A stretch of DNA of 63,830 bases, counting the filler, from an uncultured bacterium (GTDB lineage: Bacteria > CAYJRR01): NCBI GenBank assembly GCA_964372275.1. It is 5 parts of 5 records of this genome, joined end to end, with 100 filler letters (N's around TTAATTAATTAA, not from the genome) between each part and the next. Parts side by side here need not be neighbours in the genome. Positions count along the whole stretch, not along the records: positions 56,322 to 63,830 come from CAYJRR010000174.1; 4 more parts are not named here. One strand, given 5' to 3'. The notes under the pieces are model-generated. The model was not told where the DNA came from, made no database searches, and saw nothing but the letters and a program-made list of their open reading frames with translations. A program made the position numbers and the translations under genes. The number at the start of each line of letters is the position of its first letter. Position 1 is the first letter of the stretch. Shown here piece after piece: positions 57,230 to 63,830 of this stretch.

Positions 57230-58606
57230 TCAGGTCGCGCGCAGGTCGGGAAAGATCTTACCCGGATTCAGGATCCCGTTCGGGTCGAACGATCGCTTCA
57301 GGCGCCGCATCAGCGCGATCTCGTCGGCCGAGAGCGCGAGCGGAAGGTAATCCCGCTTGGATCGCCCGATCCCGTGCTCGCCGGAGATCGTTCCGCCGAG
57401 CGCCGCCGTCCGGCGGAACAACCCCTCGAGGGCCTTCGGCGCGGCCGCGGCCCAGGCGCGGTCGTCGAGCGGTCCACGAAGGAAATAGGTGTGGAGGTTG
57501 CCGTCGCCGGCGTGACCGTAGGAGATCTGCGAGATCCCTACGTCGGCCGCCGCCCCCTCCGCCGCCGCGAGCAGCTCGGGCAGGCGCCGGCGCGGCACGA
57601 CGCCGTCGGCTTCGACGTACTCTCCGCTGTTCGAGATCGAATCGCGAACCAGCTTGCGAAGCGTCCAGATTTCGTCGCGCTGGGTGGAGGTTCCGGCGGC
57701 GACCGGATCCCCGGCCCCGAGCGCGGTGAGTCGCTCGGCGATCCGCTCGATCTGCTGGGCGACCTCTTCGCCGGTGGCGCCGTCGCATTCGATCAGCAGC
57801 GAAGCGGCCACATCGGGGAATGGAAACGCGAGGTGCGGGTGGCGCTCGAGGACGCATCGGACGGCGGCGCGGGGCAGAAACTCCAGGGTGGGTGGAATCG
57901 CCGGGCCGGAGAGGACGGCGAGCACGCCACGCATCAGGTCGTCCATCGAATCGAACGGCACCAGCATCGACATCCGGGCGCCGGGGAGCGGGAGCAGCTT
58001 CAGGGTCACCCGGGTGATCACCGCCAGCGTCCCCTCGGATCCGCAGAGGAGCTGCGTCAGGTTGTAGCCGGTCGAGCTCTTGCGCAGCTTGCCCCCGGTG
58101 CGGATCGTCTCGCCGCCCGGGAGAACCGCCTCGAGTCCGAGGACGTGCTCCCGGGTGACGCCGTACTTCACCGCGCACAGGCCGCCCGCGTTGGTGGCGA
58201 CGTTTCCGCCAATGGTGCAGAAGTCGACGCTCGCCGGGATCGGCGCGTAGAGCAGCCCCTTCGCCTCCGCCGCGCGCCGGATCTCCGCCGTCACCACCCC
58301 CGGTTCGGCATCGACCGTCATGTCGTCGACGTCGACGGGGGACACGTGCGTCATCCGTTCGAGCGAGAGGACGATCGCCTCCGCCGTCGGCACCGCCGCC
58401 CCGGAAAGGCCCGAGCCGGCGCCGCGCGGAACCACCGGCACGCGCCGGGCGTCGGCCCAACGCAGGACCGCCGACACCTCGGCGGTCGAGATCGGCAGCG
58501 CCACCGCCTGCGGGAGTGCGCCGCGCTCGGCCTCGTCGCGCGCGTAGGGGGCGATCCGCTCGGGGTCGGTGAGGATCCGATCGGCGGGCAGCGGGAGGTC
58601 GCGCAT
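57230..58606 (-). CDS. FAD-linked oxidase, GlcD/D-lactate dehydrogenase family
   Basis: PRGAGSGLSG, TIGGNVATNAGG, KYGVT, GSEGTL, GHAGDGNLH, SGEHGIG, DPNGILNPGK. Confidence 0.93.
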   Translation of the reverse strand: MRDLPLPADRILTDPERIAPYARDEAERGALPQAVALPISTAEVSAVLRWADARRVPVVPRGAGSGLSGAAVPTAEAIVLSLERMTHVSPVDVDDMTVDAEPGVVTAEIRRAAEAKGLLYAPIPASVDFCTIGGNVATNAGGLCAVKYGVTREHVLGLEAVLPGGETIRTGGKLRKSSTGYNLTQLLCGSEGTLAVITRVTLKLLPLPGARMSMLVPFDSMDDLMRGVLAVLSGPAIPPTLEFLPRAAVRCVLERHPHLAFPFPDVAASLLIECDGATGEEVAQQIERIAERLTALGAGDPVAAGTSTQRDEIWTLRKLVRDSISNSGEYVEADGVVPRRRLPELLAAAEGAAADVGISQISYGHAGDGNLHTYFLRGPLDDRAWAAAAPKALEGLFRRTAALGGTISGEHGIGRSKRDYLPLALSADEIALMRRLKRSFDPNGILNPGKIFPDLRAT

Positions 58607-58845
58607 TGCGGGTCGGAGTGTAGCAGCGAGGGCGCGAGTCGAGTCCGATCCGAGTCGGTAGCGGTAGGCGAATCGGTTCGGAACGGATCCGGACCGATGG
58701 CGATGCCGCCACCGAAAAACTCCGTATCGGCGAGCGGGCGGTACCGGCCGGGAGTTCGCCGGATTGGCGGAGATCGCCGCCGAGCCCGACGTCCGGTCGC
58801 GCCCGGACGATTGTGCGGGTAGGCGACCGCGCTACGGTCGCGCGC

Positions 58846-60039
58846 ATGGACGACGTGGCGACGAGAAGGATGCGGTGGCTCGCAATGGCGCGGGTTCCGG
58901 GGGCGGTGGGGCGCGGGGTGGCGAGGCGCTACCGGACGCCGCTGGGGGAGGGTCCTCCGGGGACGCGGATCGCGGCGTTGTTCCAGAGGGTGGTCGCCGC
59001 CGGCGAGGTCGGGGAGACGGCACCGGATGACGAAGGCGCGGCGGCGGGCTGGTTGCGCGCGGCGCGAGCCGCGGAGAAAGGCCTCGTGGAGGCGGAGCGG
59101 GAGATCGCGCGGGGGGCGCGCGTCGGGGCGCGGCTGATCGACGTGGAGGACGCGGAGTACCCGGCGCTGCTGCGCGAGATCGCCGATCCTCCGGCGGCGC
59201 TGTTCGTCCTGGGGAGGATCGAGGCGCGCGACGCGCGGGCGGTGGCGGTGATCGGATCGCGGTCGGCGACGCGCTACGGGCACACCGTCACGCGGAGGCT
59301 CGTGCCGGGGCTGGTGTCGCGGGGCGTGACGGTGGTGGCGGGGATGGCGCGCGGGATCGACTCGGCCGCGCACCAGGCGGCGCTCGATTCGGGCGGGCGG
59401 ACGATCGCGGTGCTCGGCACCGGCATCGACGTCTGCTACCCGAAGCAGGCGAGGCGACTCTACCGGGAGATTCCGTCGCGCGGCGCGGTGCTCAGCGAAG
59501 CGGCGCCGGGTACGGAGGCGGCGGCGTGGCTCTTCCCCGAGCGCAACCGGATCATCGCGGGTCTTTGCGCCGCGACGGTGGTGGTCGAGGCTCGACGGCG
59601 GTCGGGTACGTCGGTGACGGCCCGCCTGGCGGGGGAGCAGGGCCGCCAGGTCGGCGCGGTGCCCGGTGACGTCGACCTCGACCGCAGCGCCGGCACCAAC
59701 GAACTCCTGTCGCAGGGGGCGGCGCCGGTGCGCACCGCGGCCGACGTGCTGGCGCTGGCGTTCGGTGAGGTCGCGGCCGCCATCCCCGCGGCGGACGGTC
59801 GCGCGCCGGGCGAGCCTGGAACGGCGGAGGTCGGCGATCGCCGCGCCGGAATGGCGGCCAACGGGGAGGGCTCGACCGCGGGGCGGCTGCTCGCGCTGTT
59901 GCGCGACGAGCCGCAATCGGTCGACGCCATCGCCGCTCGCGCGACGCTTCCGATCGGGGGGCTGCTCGCGTCGTTGTCCGCGCTCGAAGGGGCCGGGCTC
60001 GCCACGCGCGATGCGTGGGGCCGGTATGCGCGAGCATGA
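58846..60039 (+). CDS. dprA: DNA processing protein DprA
   Basis: YP.LL.EI.DPP, AVIGSR, GMARGID..AH, AVLGTGID..YP, FPERNRIIAG, VVEA; upstream of topA. Confidence 0.95.
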   Translation: MDDVATRRMRWLAMARVPGAVGRGVARRYRTPLGEGPPGTRIAALFQRVVAAGEVGETAPDDEGAAAGWLRAARAAEKGLVEAEREIARGARVGARLIDVEDAEYPALLREIADPPAALFVLGRIEARDARAVAVIGSRSATRYGHTVTRRLVPGLVSRGVTVVAGMARGIDSAAHQAALDSGGRTIAVLGTGIDVCYPKQARRLYREIPSRGAVLSEAAPGTEAAAWLFPERNRIIAGLCAATVVVEARRRSGTSVTARLAGEQGRQVGAVPGDVDLDRSAGTNELLSQGAAPVRTAADVLALAFGEVAAAIPAADGRAPGEPGTAEVGDRRAGMAANGEGSTAGRLLALLRDEPQSVDAIAARATLPIGGLLASLSALEGAGLATRDAWGRYARA

Positions 60040-60105
60040 GGCCGAACGACGGCAACGCGCGTGAAGATTTGCCACGTCCGTCCCGACCGGTTAGCTTCCA
60101 GAAGA

Positions 60106-62697
<2,592 letters not shown>

Positions 62698-63830
62698 ATG
62701 ACCGTCACCGTGATCGGCGGGGGGATGGCAGGCGTCGAGGCGACGCGCGTGCTCTCCGAGGCCGGGGTTCAGGTAGCGCTCTACGAAATGCGCCCGGTGC
62801 GCGCGACGGAGGCGCACAAGACGGCCGACCTGGCCGAGGTCGTCTGCTCCAATTCGCTGGGGAGCCTGGAGCTCAAGGCCGGCAGCGGGCTGCTCCTGGA
62901 GGAGATGGCCCGCCTGGGATCGGTCGTCGTCGCCGCCGCGAAGAAGCACGCCGTCCCCGCCGGGTCGTCGCTCGCCGTCGACCGGGTGGCGTTCGCGCGC
63001 GAGGTGACGGAGCGGATCGAACGGCTCCCCGGCGTCGAGATCGTGCGCGCCGAGTGCGAATCGCTGCCGGCGGACGGACCCGCCCTCGTCTGCACCGGGC
63101 CGCTCACCTCGCCGGCGCTCTCCGCCTCGATCCGGGCGCTCACCGGCGACCAGGGGCTCTACTTCTACGACGCGATCGCGCCGATCGTGGCCGCCGACTC
63201 GATCGACATGGGGACGGTCTACGCCGCGAGCCGCTACGGCAAGGGGAGTCCCGACTTCCTCAACTGTCCGATGAACCGCGAGCAGTACGAGGCGTTCGTC
63301 GAGCGGCTGCTGTCGGGCGAGATGGTCCCGTCGAAGGAGTTCGAGAAGGAGATCTTCTTCGAGGGCTGCATGCCGATCGAGGAGATGGCCCGCCGCGGCC
63401 GCGATACGCTCCGCTTCGGACCGATGCGGCCGGTGGGGCTCGAGGACCCGCGCACCGGGAAGCGCCCGTGGGCCGTGGTGCAGCTCCGGCGCGAAGACCG
63501 GCACGGGCATCTCTACAACCTGGTCGGATTCCAGACGAAGCTCCGCTACCCGGAGCAGAAGCGGATCTTCCGCACGATCCCCGGCCTCGAATCGGCGGAG
63601 TTCGAGCGGCTGGGGAGCATCCACCGCAACACCTTCCTCAACAGCCCGCTCCTGTTGGCCGAGGACCTGTCGCTGCGCACGCGGCACACCTTGTGGTTCG
63701 CGGGGCAGATGATCGGGGTCGAGGGCTACGCCGAGAGCGCGGCGCTGGGTCTGATCGCCGGCCTCGCGATCGCCGATCGCCTGAACTCCGTTCGGTTCGT
63801 GCCGCCGCCGCGCACCACGGCGATCGGCGG
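62698..63830 (+). CDS. trmFO: FADH2-oxidizing tRNA (uracil-5)-methyltransferase TrmFO (runs off window; not in ORF track)
   Basis: MTVTVIGGGMAG, YEMRP, EVVCSNS, LAVDR, TGPLTS, FYDAIAPIV, FEGCMPIE, FGPMRPVG, NLVGFQT, HRNTF, AGQMIGVEGY. Confidence 0.96.
   Translation, partial: MTVTVIGGGMAGVEATRVLSEAGVQVALYEMRPVRATEAHKTADLAEVVCSNSLGSLELKAGSGLLLEEMARLGSVVVAAAKKHAVPAGSSLAVDRVAFAREVTERIERLPGVEIVRAECESLPADGPALVCTGPLTSPALSASIRALTGDQGLYFYDAIAPIVAADSIDMGTVYAASRYGKGSPDFLNCPMNREQYEAFVERLLSGEMVPSKEFEKEIFFEGCMPIEEMARRGRDTLRFGPMRPVGLEDPRTGKRPWAVVQLRREDRHGHLYNLVGFQTKLRYPEQKRIFRTIPGLESAEFERLGSIHRNTFLNSPLLLAEDLSLRTRHTLWFAGQMIGVEGYAESAALGLIAGLAIADRLNSVRFVPPPRTTAIG

Overview
This window is not one continuous locus. 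It holds five assembled contigs (1-14077, 14178-28176, 28277-42271, 42372-56221, 56322-63830) joined by 100-nt N/TTAATTAATTAA/N spacers, plus a 10-N scaffold gap and an Illumina adapter at the end of contig 4. The very high GC content and the gene content suggest a Myxococcota/deltaproteobacterial MAG (inference). Housekeeping blocks are mfd-three PPIases-pdxA-phosphomannomutase, hrpB, hemE, and dprA-topA-trmFO. Other recognisable content is a VapBC pair, a crotonase/BKACE/biotin-carrier cluster, a histidine kinase/double-receiver/STAND Ser-Thr kinase operon, and a type IVa pilus locus. In the pilus locus the pilA-pilA2-pilGHI-TMTC-like glycosyltransferase module faces pilBTCSR. The most striking accessory content is a repeated cell-surface module. 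It comprises at least four paralogous stand-alone glycine-rich (AgmC-like) lipoproteins, two 7-bladed FG-GAP lipoproteins, and two paralogous TPR-PEGA-beta-barrel outer-membrane proteins, one of which shares a symmetric bidirectional promoter with its lipoprotein partners. Further observations are pilins with an unusual Cys29/C-terminal Cys pair, a 36-bp heptamer-repeat hairpin inside a signal-peptide coding region, a MITE-like nested palindrome, two deletion-scarred gene remnants, and many apparently leaderless genes. No rRNA, tRNA, CRISPR array or transposase was seen. All family calls come from motif recognition by eye, with no database searches.
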